Below, piece by piece: positions 43,178-52,983 of a stretch of 64,000 bases of DNA. Source of the stretch: an uncultured Thermoleophilia bacterium. GTDB taxonomy: Bacteria > Actinomycetota > Thermoleophilia > UBA2241. Positions within the stretch are counted from its first letter, which is position 1, and each line of letters begins with the position of its first letter. Where the stretch lies: NCBI GenBank assembly GCA_963702475.1, contig CAVPCT010000003.1:768001-832000 (forward strand), given 5' to 3'. The notes beneath the pieces were generated by a model. That model was not told where the DNA came from and searched no databases. It was given only the letters and a program-made list of their open reading frames with translations. Made by a program: the position numbers and the translations under genes.

Positions 43178-43741
43178 ATGTCAAGAGCAAAGGCCCTGAA
43201 GGCCGACCAGCGCGAGGAGCTGCTGAGCGTATTGAAGGCCCGCTTCGAGCAGAACGTGCAGCGCCATCCGGGTCTCGCCTGGGTCAACGTGTACACCAGA
43301 CTGGAACGGCATCCCGAGAAGTCGTGGTCGCTCCACGAGATGGAGCATACCGGCGGCGAGCCGGATGTCATCGGCCAAGACCATGGGACCGGCGAGTACC
43401 TCTTCGTCGACTGTTCTGCCGAAAGCCCGAGCGGCCGGAGAAGCCTCTGCTACGACGGCGAGGCTCTGGAATCGCGCAAGCAAGCCAAGCCCAGATCCAG
43501 CGCGTTGGACATGGCGCGTGAGATGGGTGTCGAGCTGTTGACCGAAGAGCAGTATCGCGGGCTGCAGGCGTCTGGGGAGTTCGACCTGAAGACGTCCAGC
43601 TGGGTGAAGACTCCCGCAAGCATCCGGAAGCTCGGTGGCGCGATCTTCTGTGATCGCCGCTACGACGCAGTCTTCGTGTATCACAACGGGGCGGAGTCCT
43701 ACTACGCTGCCCGCGGTTTCCGGGGCCTCCTCAGAGTCTGA
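43178..43741 (+). CDS. DUF4256 family protein
   Basis: EMEHTGGEPDV, FDLKTSSW, YHNGAESYYAARGFRG. Confidence 0.85.
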   Translation: MSRAKALKADQREELLSVLKARFEQNVQRHPGLAWVNVYTRLERHPEKSWSLHEMEHTGGEPDVIGQDHGTGEYLFVDCSAESPSGRRSLCYDGEALESRKQAKPRSSALDMAREMGVELLTEEQYRGLQASGEFDLKTSSWVKTPASIRKLGGAIFCDRRYDAVFVYHNGAESYYAARGFRGLLRV

Positions 43742-43859
43742 ATCCTCTGGACCGATACCGCCTCCTCCGAGCCGCCCCGGGCGGCGAGCGCAAGCATCGC
43801 CCCGGCAGCGATTCGCCCTCGAGTGCCTGCCCGTCTGCCTGCCGACAACGGTGCCTGCT

Positions 43860-43889
43860 GAAAGCCCGGGACCCTCCCCGTGTCGAAAG
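43860..43889 (+). promoter_or_regulatory. Putative ECF sigma promoter
   Basis: GAAA-N16-GTGTCGAAAG. Confidence 0.65.
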
Positions 43890-43952
43890 GGGCGGAGGGC
43901 CCGCTTCCCGCTTCGACCCTCCATCGGGAATCGGAGGTAAGGAGGCATCGTC

Positions 43953-44949
43953 ATGAGACCATGTCCAACGACCTCGAGCGCCGCCGCTCGGCGGCGCGCG
44001 CGCCTGGACTCGATCGCAGTCCTGGGCCTGAGCCTGTTGGTCGGCGGGCTCGCCGTACTGGGCCTCGTCGCCCTCGGCGCCTGCGGCGGCACCGGCAGCA
44101 CGGCCTCGAGCTCGCCGAGCGCGGAGGCCGTCACGCCCTCGGCGTCGCCGACGGTCGTCCCCGCTGAGGAGCCGGTGTCGCAGTGGGATGCGCCGGGCAC
44201 GGCGTCGCTGGCGCGGACACAGGCAGTCACGCGTCGCTACGCCGCGGCACTGCATGCCGAGAAGATCCCCGACGCCAGGCTCTACGCCTCGGACGCCACG
44301 TGGGACATCTGGTCCAGCGAGGAGCACCGCCAGGGCGCCGCGGCGATCACGAAGGTCTACCGCGATGTCGCCGCCGACTGTGACTGGTCGAAGGGCCATG
44401 TCATGGCCGCCCCCGGGGTGGGCGTCGACGAAGGTGTGTTCACCGTCTACGGGACGACCCCGACTCCATCCATCTCCCTGCTCGCGGTGGACGGGAGCAC
44501 GATCGCGCACGAGGAGATCTTCCTCAACGACGGCAGGGGCCGGCCGGTGACGTTCTGCGGCACGGCACCGGGACCCCATGACACGGCGTGACGCAGCGTC
44601 AAGGGTCGGGGGTACAGTCGGCGGGGCGTTCGCCAGCGGCAACCTGGCCGCGCTGCAGGCTCTCCTCGCGCCCGACGTCCTCTTCTACGACACCACGCAG
44701 GGGCGCGGCGCGCGCGGCTCGGACGCCGTGGCCGCGTGGTGGGCCAACGTGCCCGGGACGGTCGCGTTCTACAACAAGTCGCCGATCTCCGGCCGCGGTT
44801 GGGCGGTGGTGCGCTGGACGGCCCGGCGCGTCTACTCGACCGGCGTCGAGCTGGCCATGCCGGGAGCGACGGTGCTGGAGGTGCGCGACGGCAAGGTCGT
44901 GCGCATGACGCTCTACTACAACTCCAAGAAGGTGTCGCTGCAGTTGTGA
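43953..44949 (+). CDS. Lipoprotein with two SnoaL/NTF2-like domains, +1 frameshift near 44589
   Basis: LGACGG lipobox; YASDATW; second part LLAPDVLFYD...VLEVRDGKVVR. Confidence 0.72.
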
Positions 44950-44997
44950 GGTGAGCCGGCGGGCGGCGGGCCTGTCAGACCCGCCGCCCGCCGGCCG

Positions 44998-47900
44998 TCA
45001 GTCCGTCTGCTCCGTCAGCGCCGGCCGTCCGGCCGGCGCCCCGGCCGCGCCCGGCGCCACCGGCGCGTCCTCCTCGCGCACCTCGGCGTGCGGCAGCCAC
45101 TGCAGCCAGCGCGGCAGCCACCAGTTCCATGTGCCCAGCAGTACCATGGTCGACGGCACGATCACCAGGCGCACGATGGTGGTGTCCAGGATGATGGCGA
45201 TGGAGAGGCCGACGCCGAACTCCTTGATGATGGGGTCGGGGTGCAGCAGGAAGCTCAGGAACACCGTGACCATGATGACGGCCGCGGCGGTGATCACGCG
45301 TGCGCTCGTGCCCACGCCGGTGCGCACGGCCTGACTCGGGTCCTGGCCCTGACCGTAGGCCTGGAAGATCTGGCTGATGAGGAAGACCTCGTAGTCGGTG
45401 GAGAGGCCGAACAGCACGGCGAACATGAGCAGCGGCACGTAGCTGGCGATCGGCACGGTCCCGTAGGGGTTCGAGAGGCCGATGAGCCCGAGGCCCCAGC
45501 CCCACTGGAACACCGCCGTGATGATGCCGAACGAGGCGCCCACGGCGAGCAGGTTGCAGATCACGGCCTTGAGCGGCACCAGCAGGGAGCGGAAGGCGAT
45601 CATCAGCAGCACGAAGCTGAGGGCGAGCACCGTGGCGATGACCAGTGGGAGCCGGTCGGAGATAAGGTCGGCGAGGTCGGAGAAGGCCGCCGTGCCGCCG
45701 CCCACGTAGGCCGTCACGCCGCCGCCCGCAATGGCCACCGGGACGACCTGCTCGCGCACCCTGTCGACCAGCTCCGCCGTGGCCGGATCGGCCGGCCGCG
45801 TGGTCGGCGTCGCGCTGAGGATCACGGCCGTGCCGGCCTCGTTCACGAGTGGCGGGAGCACCGAGGCGATGCCGGGCGTGGTCTCGAGCGCGCGCTGCAG
45901 CTTCACCACGCGCGGGTCGGTGGCCATGGGCTCGCCGCCGGCGTCGGTGAGCAGGGCGACGAGCTCGTCCTTGAGCGCCTCAGCCTCGTCGGCCTGCCGC
46001 TCGAGGCGGCGCTTGTCCTTCTTCAGCCGGGCAGACTCCTTCTCGAGCGCGGCGCCCTCCTTCTCCAGCCTGACGCCGCGCTTCTTCAGGCTCTCGCCCT
46101 GGGCGGCGAGGGCCGCCCCCTGGGCCTCGAGCTCGGCGCCCCGCGACTCCAGCGCCGCGCCCTGGGCGGCCAGCTCCTCGCCGTCGGCCTGCAGGGCGGC
46201 CGCCTCCTTCTTGAGGGCCGCCCCCTGCTTCTCCAGCGACGCCTGCTCGGTCTCGAGGGCGGACTTCTCCTGCTCCAGCGCGGCCGCCCGCGCCTGCAGG
46301 TCCTGCGCCTGCCGCAGCAGCACGGCCAGCTGCGCCTGCAGGCGCGCCTTCTCCGCGGGGTCGGTCGCGGCGGCGAGCTGCTGCTGCACGTCGGCGATCT
46401 GCGCCTGCAGCTGCGCGCTCTCCACGGCCAGCGCCTGTGCCTCGGCTGCAAGCGCCTGGCCCTCTGCCGCCAGCTCCTCGCCCTGCCGCTCGAGGCTCGC
46501 CTTCTCCTTCTCGAGGCGAGCCTGCTCCGCCAGCAGGTCGTCCTTCTGCGCCTTCAGGGCTGCGGCCTCGGCCTGCAACTCCGCGCCTTCCGCCTCGAGC
46601 GGGGCCTGCTGCGCTTCGAGCTGTGCCGCGAGGCGCATCAGCTCCTTCTGCTCCGCCTTCAGCTCGTCGGCGCGGCGCTCCAGCGCCTTGGCCTTCTTCT
46701 TGAGGCGCTGGCTCTCCGCCTCGAGCTTCTCCTTCAGGGCGTCGGCCTCGGCCTTCATCTCCGTGTACGCGGTGCTCGGCTCGGCTTGCGGGTCGAGTTC
46801 CGCCGCCACGACGAGGGGGCCGTTGGCGCCCGGACCGAGTCCCTCCGAGATCAGGTCGAACGCGCGACGCTGCGACATGGAGGTGGGCATCACGCCCACG
46901 TCCTCCTGGCCGAGGCGTAGCGTGAACATGGGCACGATGAGCGGCGCCAGCACGAGCAGCGAAGCGATGAGCATCGCCCACGGGTGGCGCGTGACGAACC
47001 CCGCCCAGCGCGCCCAGATGTTGGTGTCGGAGGGAGCCCGGGTGGCGCCGCGCCGTCCGGGCAGCCGGAGCGCATCCACGCGACGACCCAGGATTGCCAG
47101 CATGGCGGGCAGCAGCGTGATCGCCGTGAGCACGGCGATGCCCACGGTGAGCGCGGCGGCGTAGCCCATCGCGCCGAGCAGCGGCACGCGCGCCACCAGC
47201 AGGGCGAGCAGCGCCACGATCACGGTGGCGCCGGCGAACACCACGGCGGTGCCGCTGGTGGCCATGGCCGCGGCGATGGACTCGTCCGGCGCCATGCCGC
47301 TGTGCAGCTGGTCGCGGTGGCGGAAGACGATGAAGAGGGCATAATCGATGCCGACGCCAAGGCCAACCATGGTCGCGAGCGTGGGGGCCACGTTGGGGAT
47401 GCTGACCACGTGGCCCAGCAGCCCGACCAGCCCGAGGCCGACGATGAGGCCCACCAGCGCGGTGATGACGGGCATACCGGCGGCGACCAGAGCGCCGAAG
47501 GTGAAGGCCATGATGACCAGGGCGGCGGCGAGGCCGATGGCCTCGCTCTTGCGGTCGGTCTGCTCGGCCAGGCGGGCGCCTATCCCTCCGCCCGCCTCCA
47601 CCTGGATCCCCGCCTTCTCCACGGTCTGCGCCTCGGCCATGATCTTGCTCGCGACCGCCTTGTCCAGCTGGCCCCAGTTCAGGTTCAGCAGGATTTGCGC
47701 CACCGCCGTCTTCTCATCCTCGCTCAGGAACACGTCGCCGCCGGTCGCGAACGGGCTGAAGACGCTGTAGGTCTCCGGGATCTTCTCGATGGCCTTGAGG
47801 ACGTCCTCGACCGCCTTCTTGTTGGCGGGGTCGGTGAGCTTGCCGCTCTTGACGTGGAACACGATGGGGCTGGCGCCGTTCTGCTGTGGCGGGAACTCCT

Positions 47901-48081
47901 CGCGCAGCATGTCGGCCGAGGCCTGATAGCCGGTGCCCGGGAGGGTGATGTCGTTGGTGGTCTGGCGGCCGTAGTGGAGGACGGCGGCGCCGACGACGAG
48001 GACGACGACCACCCAGGCCGCGACGACGATCCACTTGCGGCGCACGCAGAGCGCGCCGAGGCGATGCATCAGGTGTGACAT
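44998..48081 (-). CDS. MMPL/RND family transporter with long coiled-coil insertion
   Basis: GLGVGIDYALF and FGLSTDYEVFL motifs, 2x6 TM segments, Ala/Glu/Gln/Lys-rich heptad region. Confidence 0.92.
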   Translation of the reverse strand: MSHLMHRLGALCVRRKWIVVAAWVVVVLVVGAAVLHYGRQTTNDITLPGTGYQASADMLREEFPPQQNGASPIVFHVKSGKLTDPANKKAVEDVLKAIEKIPETYSVFSPFATGGDVFLSEDEKTAVAQILLNLNWGQLDKAVASKIMAEAQTVEKAGIQVEAGGGIGARLAEQTDRKSEAIGLAAALVIMAFTFGALVAAGMPVITALVGLIVGLGLVGLLGHVVSIPNVAPTLATMVGLGVGIDYALFIVFRHRDQLHSGMAPDESIAAAMATSGTAVVFAGATVIVALLALLVARVPLLGAMGYAAALTVGIAVLTAITLLPAMLAILGRRVDALRLPGRRGATRAPSDTNIWARWAGFVTRHPWAMLIASLLVLAPLIVPMFTLRLGQEDVGVMPTSMSQRRAFDLISEGLGPGANGPLVVAAELDPQAEPSTAYTEMKAEADALKEKLEAESQRLKKKAKALERRADELKAEQKELMRLAAQLEAQQAPLEAEGAELQAEAAALKAQKDDLLAEQARLEKEKASLERQGEELAAEGQALAAEAQALAVESAQLQAQIADVQQQLAAATDPAEKARLQAQLAVLLRQAQDLQARAAALEQEKSALETEQASLEKQGAALKKEAAALQADGEELAAQGAALESRGAELEAQGAALAAQGESLKKRGVRLEKEGAALEKESARLKKDKRRLERQADEAEALKDELVALLTDAGGEPMATDPRVVKLQRALETTPGIASVLPPLVNEAGTAVILSATPTTRPADPATAELVDRVREQVVPVAIAGGGVTAYVGGGTAAFSDLADLISDRLPLVIATVLALSFVLLMIAFRSLLVPLKAVICNLLAVGASFGIITAVFQWGWGLGLIGLSNPYGTVPIASYVPLLMFAVLFGLSTDYEVFLISQIFQAYGQGQDPSQAVRTGVGTSARVITAAAVIMVTVFLSFLLHPDPIIKEFGVGLSIAIILDTTIVRLVIVPSTMVLLGTWNWWLPRWLQWLPHAEVREEDAPVAPGAAGAPAGRPALTEQTD

Positions 48082-48245
48082 GCCGCTGTCGGCCCTTTCC
48101 TCTGGGGACTGGGCGAGGGTACAGGACTCAGCGACGGGTGCACCGCGGGAGCACTCGTCACTGAGCGCAACGATACACTCCCCGGAGAGATGTATCGTCC
48201 GCGGTCGCGGTGCGCTCGAGGCGGACGACGGGAAGGGGGAGGACC

Positions 48246-49172
48246 GTGGCGCAGGTGACGGTGATCGGGATGGGTGCGATGGGCAGCACGCTGGCGCGCG
48301 TGCTGGTGGAGCGGGGGCACGACGTGACGGTGTGGAGCCGGCGCGGGATCGGGCCGGAGCGGTGGGAAGGGCTGCTGCAGGCGGGCCCGGGGTCGCCCCC
48401 CAGACCCGGCGTCCGCGTCGCCGCTTCGGCCGCGGAGGCGGTCGCCGCCGGCCCGCTGACGGTGATGTGCGTCAGCCACTACCCGGCCGCGGACGAGATC
48501 CTGGGCGCGCCCGGCGTGACGGAGTCGCTCGCCGGGCGCGTGCTCGTACAGCTGAGTAACGGCAGCGAAGCCGAGGTGCGCGCGCACATGGAGCGCGTGC
48601 GGGCCGCCGGCGGGCGCATGCTCAGCGGCGGCATCATGGCCTACCCGCGGCAGGTCGGGCGGCCGGAGACGGTGATCCTGTACTCCGGGGACGGCTCGGC
48701 TTTCGACGAGCACCGCGGGACGCTGGCCGCCCTGGCGGGCGGGCAGCGGTTCGTGGGCGAGGACCCGGCGGTGCAGAACGCGGTGTACGAATCGGCCTTC
48801 GGCGTGTACTTCGCCGCGCTGTGCGGGTTCCTCGAGAACGCCGCGCTGGTCTCCGCCCGCGGCGTGCCCGTAGCCGAGCTGGCCGCCGTCATGCCCGGCA
48901 TGGCGGCTCTGCTGCTCGACCACCTGGCGGACGCGACGCGGCGCATCGAGAGCGGCGAGTGGGCCGGCGACCAGGCCTCGACCGACACGCATCTGGACGG
49001 CGCCGAGCGTCGCAGGAAGGTGTTCGCGGGGCGCGGCCTGCAGTGCCTGATGGCCGACGGCTACCTGTCGTACTGCCGCCAGGTGCACGAGGCCGGGGAC
49101 GGCGACGAGGACATCGCCGCGATCTTCAAGCGCATTGGCGCGCCGGCGGCACTGCCGCCCTCCGGCGCCTGA
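48246..49172 (+). CDS. NAD(P)-dependent oxidoreductase, imine reductase/beta-hydroxyacid dehydrogenase-like
   Basis: VIGMGAMG, VTVWSR, VQLSNG, GGIMAYP. Confidence 0.82.
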   Translation: MAQVTVIGMGAMGSTLARVLVERGHDVTVWSRRGIGPERWEGLLQAGPGSPPRPGVRVAASAAEAVAAGPLTVMCVSHYPAADEILGAPGVTESLAGRVLVQLSNGSEAEVRAHMERVRAAGGRMLSGGIMAYPRQVGRPETVILYSGDGSAFDEHRGTLAALAGGQRFVGEDPAVQNAVYESAFGVYFAALCGFLENAALVSARGVPVAELAAVMPGMAALLLDHLADATRRIESGEWAGDQASTDTHLDGAERRRKVFAGRGLQCLMADGYLSYCRQVHEAGDGDEDIAAIFKRIGAPAALPPSGA

Positions 49173-49811
49173 CTCGCTCCGGACTCGCTCCGGACCGGCT
49201 CCCGCGCGCTCGCGCACGAGGCCGCATGCGGCGGCGGCGCGGCCGGCTGTTCCCTCACCCGTCCTCGCGATTGGTTGTGTTTTACAGCGAACCGCGAGGA
49301 CGGGAACAGGATCACAGGCACGCGAGGCGGTAGACGTTGGGATCGCGCCGCGCCTGGGCGCGTCGGCGGGCCGCCGAGCCGCTTCGGTGACGGGCCCATC
49401 AGGCGGGGCCCTCGGCGGATCGCGCGTAAGGAGGAAAGCCGCGCGCAAGCCTGGCCTCGCCTGCCACGAGGCGCCATGTGCCGCGTCGAGGGTGTCACGT
49501 GACATCCTGGTCGCGCACACGGATCATCCCGCCCTCGAGCCCGACGAAGCCGGCTGTACATCGTCGGGCTCGGCGCCGCGCCGAGCACCCGGCCGTACGG
49601 ACGCGCAGTCGCGTGCGCGACACTGTTCGACTCAAGCTCTGAACGTCCACCACGCGCGGCCCCAACGTCACCCTCGAGCTGTGCTCACTCACTTCCGCGC
49701 GGCATGCACATCCGCCAGTATCGTGGCCATGGAGACCGAGCCTGATCGCACACCGAGCCCGACGAGGACGTCTCGATGGAGGGCAAGGCGACCTCTGCTA
49801 TCCTCAGGATC

Positions 49812-50290
49812 ATGAAGCGGACGGGTGTACGTGGAGACCAGCGTCATCAGCTACCTGGCCGGCCGTCCTGCTCGTGACTTGATCGTCGCGTTGCGCATCA
49901 GGGAATCACGCGCGAGTGGTGGGACGAGCAGTCGAACGGCTTCGAGTTGGTCATCTCCGAGCTCGTCGTGCAAGAGGCCGGCGCCGGCGACCCGGAGGCG
50001 TCGCGCGGCCGCCTTGCAGCGATCGAGGGCATGGCGATCCTCGCATTGAGCGACGAAGCCGTCTCCATTGCCGAGCACTTGGCCGGCTGTGGACCGATCC
50101 CGCCGGAGGAGGCCGTGGCGGACGCGCTTCATATCGCCGTCGCCGCCGCCAACGGTATCGACTATCTGCTCACGTGGAAGTGCAAGCACCTCGCGAACGC
50201 GTCGCTGCGCGTTCGGATCGCTGCTGGGTGGGGAACCTGGGCTATGCTTGCCCAGTGATTTGCACGCCCGAGGAACTGATGGAGGGCTGA
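49812..50290 (+). pseudogene. Degenerate PIN-domain toxin
   Basis: VYVETSVISYL / HQGITREWW / DALHIAVAAANGIDYLLTW / PVICTPEEL spread over several frames (at least 3 frameshifts). Confidence 0.75.
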
Positions 50291-50292
50291 CG

Positions 50293-50465
50293 ATGCGATC
50301 CGACCCCATCGTGGAAGAAGTACGACGCGTGCGCCAGGAGTACGCGGCGCGCTTCGGTAACGACCTGCGCGCCATGGCCGCCGACCTCCGTTGCGCGAGC
50401 AGCAGCATCCCGAGCGGCTCGTCACCCTTCCGCCAAAGCCCGCGCCGAACAACAGGACGGCGTAG
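50293..50465 (+). pseudogene. Small putative antitoxin, frameshifted
   Basis: MRSDPIVEEVRRVRQEYAARFGNDLRAM, typical small partner downstream of this PIN type. Confidence 0.6.
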
Positions 50466-50520
50466 GCCCCGGTCGCTCGCGCGCGGAGCGCTAGCAGTCG
50501 CCGGGCGGCGTCCGCCCGCC

Positions 50521-51459
50521 TCAGAGGTACGTGTACAGTCGCGCGTAGGGTCGTGAACCCGCCGGCGCGATGCGCGTGAACGGCTCGGCGAGCAGTCCCG
50601 CGAGGCTTGCGCCGAACGCGTCGCAGTACTCCTGGAGCAGCGGCGACAGGGTCTCCATCTCGGCCTCGGTCGCCGGCGCCACGCGCACCTCGCCGCCGCA
50701 CTGCCACGGCAGCACCTCGCCGCGCACGTAGATCTCGCCGCCGTGCATGCCGGCGCCCAGGTGGCCGCCGACGATGGGGCCCTCCACGCGCGAGCTCACG
50801 CCGAGCAGCACCAGCGTACCGCCGGCCATGTACTCGCCGAAGAAGTCGCGCGCCTTGCCGCCGCACACCACGGCCGGGCCGGCGCCCTCGCTGGCCTTCA
50901 TGTGGATGCCGGCGCGGTAGCCGGCGTCGCCCTCCACGAGCACGCGGCCGCGGCGCATGCCGTACCCCAGCACGTCGCCGGCGCTGCCGTGCACGATGAC
51001 GCGTCCGGAGTTCATCGTGTTGCCGACGCCGTCCTGGGCGTTGCCGAAGATCTCCACCGTGGGCCCGTCCATGAACATCGCCACCGCCTGACCCGGTGTG
51101 CCCTGCACCTCGATGCGCAGTCCCTCGCCGCGGAGGCCGGTGCCGATGTACCGCTGGCCGTTGACGTTCATGAGGCGCACGGTGGTCGCCCCGACCAGGA
51201 CGGCGGCGCGCACGGCCTCGTTGACGGCGCGGTAGTAGACGCCCTGGCAGTCGATGACGGCGGCGTCGCCGTCGCGCTCCACGGGCGGGGTCTCAGTGGT
51301 GTGCCCGAACGGGCGCTTCGCGGCTGGGCCGGGGGTCGGGGCGCCGGAGGTCGCGGCGCCGGCGTCCGTCGACTGTGCCGGCGTGTGCGCGGCTGCGGGT
51401 CGTCCCGCACCCTGCTGTCGGCCGGCTGCGGCCGGGCGTTCGGGACTGATCGCGATCAT
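50521..51459 (-). CDS. Glutamate synthase GXGXG-domain subunit (GltB3-like)
   Basis: NVNGQRYIGTG, GNAQDGVGNTM, GEYMAGG, GMHGG. Confidence 0.88.
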   Translation of the reverse strand: MIAISPERPAAAGRQQGAGRPAAAHTPAQSTDAGAATSGAPTPGPAAKRPFGHTTETPPVERDGDAAVIDCQGVYYRAVNEAVRAAVLVGATTVRLMNVNGQRYIGTGLRGEGLRIEVQGTPGQAVAMFMDGPTVEIFGNAQDGVGNTMNSGRVIVHGSAGDVLGYGMRRGRVLVEGDAGYRAGIHMKASEGAGPAVVCGGKARDFFGEYMAGGTLVLLGVSSRVEGPIVGGHLGAGMHGGEIYVRGEVLPWQCGGEVRVAPATEAEMETLSPLLQEYCDAFGASLAGLLAEPFTRIAPAGSRPYARLYTYL

Positions 51460-51470
51460 GTCTTCCTCGT

Positions 51471-52983
51471 TCAAAGTCCGGCCGGCTTCACGCCGATGAT
51501 CTCGCACGTCTGCTGGTCCAGGCCGATGCTGCGCAGGCGGTCGCGGCTGCCGCGCAGCGACTCGATGGCGTTGACGCCCAGCGCGCCGAGGATCTCCTGC
51601 AGCTCGTGGCTCCAGGCGCTGACCAGGTTGGTGAGCCGCTCGGCGCCCCACTCGGGGTCCAGGCGCCGGGTGAGCTCGGGCTTGTGCGTGGTCAGGCCCC
51701 AGCTGCAGCTGCCGGTGTGGCAGCCCTGGCAGAGGTGACAGCCGAGGGCGATGAGCGCGGCGGAGCCGATGGCCACGGCGTCCGCCCCGAGGGCGATGAC
51801 CTTGGCCAGGTCGGCCGAGCCGCGGATGGAGCCCGCGGCGATGATGGAGGCCCGCTGGCGGATGCCCTCGTCGCGCAGGCGCTGGTCGACCACCGCGACG
51901 GCGATCTCCAGCGGGATGCCGACGTGGTCGCGGATCACCTGCGGCGCCGCGCCGGTGCCGCCGCGGAAGCCGTCCAGGTACACGTAGTCGGCGCCGGCGC
52001 GCACGATGCCGCTGGCGATGGCGGCCACGTTGTGCACGGCCGCGATCTTCACGCCGACCGGCTTGTAGTCCGTGGCCTCCTTGATCGAGTAGATGAGCTG
52101 GCGCAGGTCCTCGATCGAGTAGATGTCGTGGTGCGGCGCCGGGCTGATGGCGTCGGAGCCCTGCGGGATCATGCGCGTGGCGGCGATGTCGTGGTCGGCC
52201 TTCTCGCCGGGCAGGTGCCCGCCGATGCCGGGCTTTGCGCCCTGGCCGACCTTGATCTCCACGGCCGCGCCGCGGTTCAGGTAGTCGGTGTCGACCCCGA
52301 ACCTTCCGGAGGCCACCTGCACGATGACGTTGCTTCTCGTAGGGGTAGAGGTCGGCGTGCAGGCCGCCCTCGCCGGTGTTCATGAGGATGCCCAGGCGCT
52401 GTGCGGCCATGGCCAGGCTCTTGTGCACGTTGAGCGACACCGAGCCGTAGCTCATCGGCGCGAAGACCACCGGCACGTCGAGGCGGATGCCGGCGGCGAA
52501 GCCGCGCCGCGTCTTGAGCTTGAAGCCGCCGCCCTCGCCGCACTCCACCTCGAGGCTGTCGGGCTTGCTGCCCAGGTAGGTGCGCAGCTCCATCGGCTCG
52601 CGCAGCGGGTCGATGGAGGGGTTCGTCACCTGGCACGCGTCGAGCACGAGGTGGTCGAAGATGTTGAGGTAGGGGCGGTCGTTGCCCATGCCGGTGAGCA
52701 GGACGCCGCCGGTCTCGGCCTGCCGCCAGGCGGCACGCCGCAGGGCCGGCGTCCAGGACGGGTTCTCTTTGTACGCCAGCGGGCTCCGCTCGATGGAGAT
52801 GGCGCCGGCCGGGCAGTACGTCATGCAGCGGTGGCAGGCGCGGCAGCGGGCGTGGTCCGGCATGGGACGCTCGTTGAACGTGTAGACGTCCCAGCCGCAC
52901 TGCTGCACGCAGCGGCCGCACTTGTGGCACACGTCGTTGTCGATGCGCACGCGGAACTCGGGCTGCACGAGCTGGTTGGTCAT
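51471..52983 (-). CDS. Glutamate synthase FMN subunit with N-terminal 2x[4Fe-4S] ferredoxin (GltB2-like), +1 frameshift near 52335
   Basis: CHKCGRCVQQC, CRACHRCMTYCP, MSYGS, NTGEGG, QVASGRFG, GQGAKPGIGGHLPG, CHLCQGCHTGSC. Confidence 0.9.

Noticed and set aside
49171-49200. GACTCGCTCCG short tandem repeat
   Set aside because: Only about 2.5 copies of an 11-mer; likely slippage with no supportable function.
49200-49810. 600-bp intergenic stretch with several short ORFs
   Set aside because: No recognisable protein motif or RNA structure that I can support.
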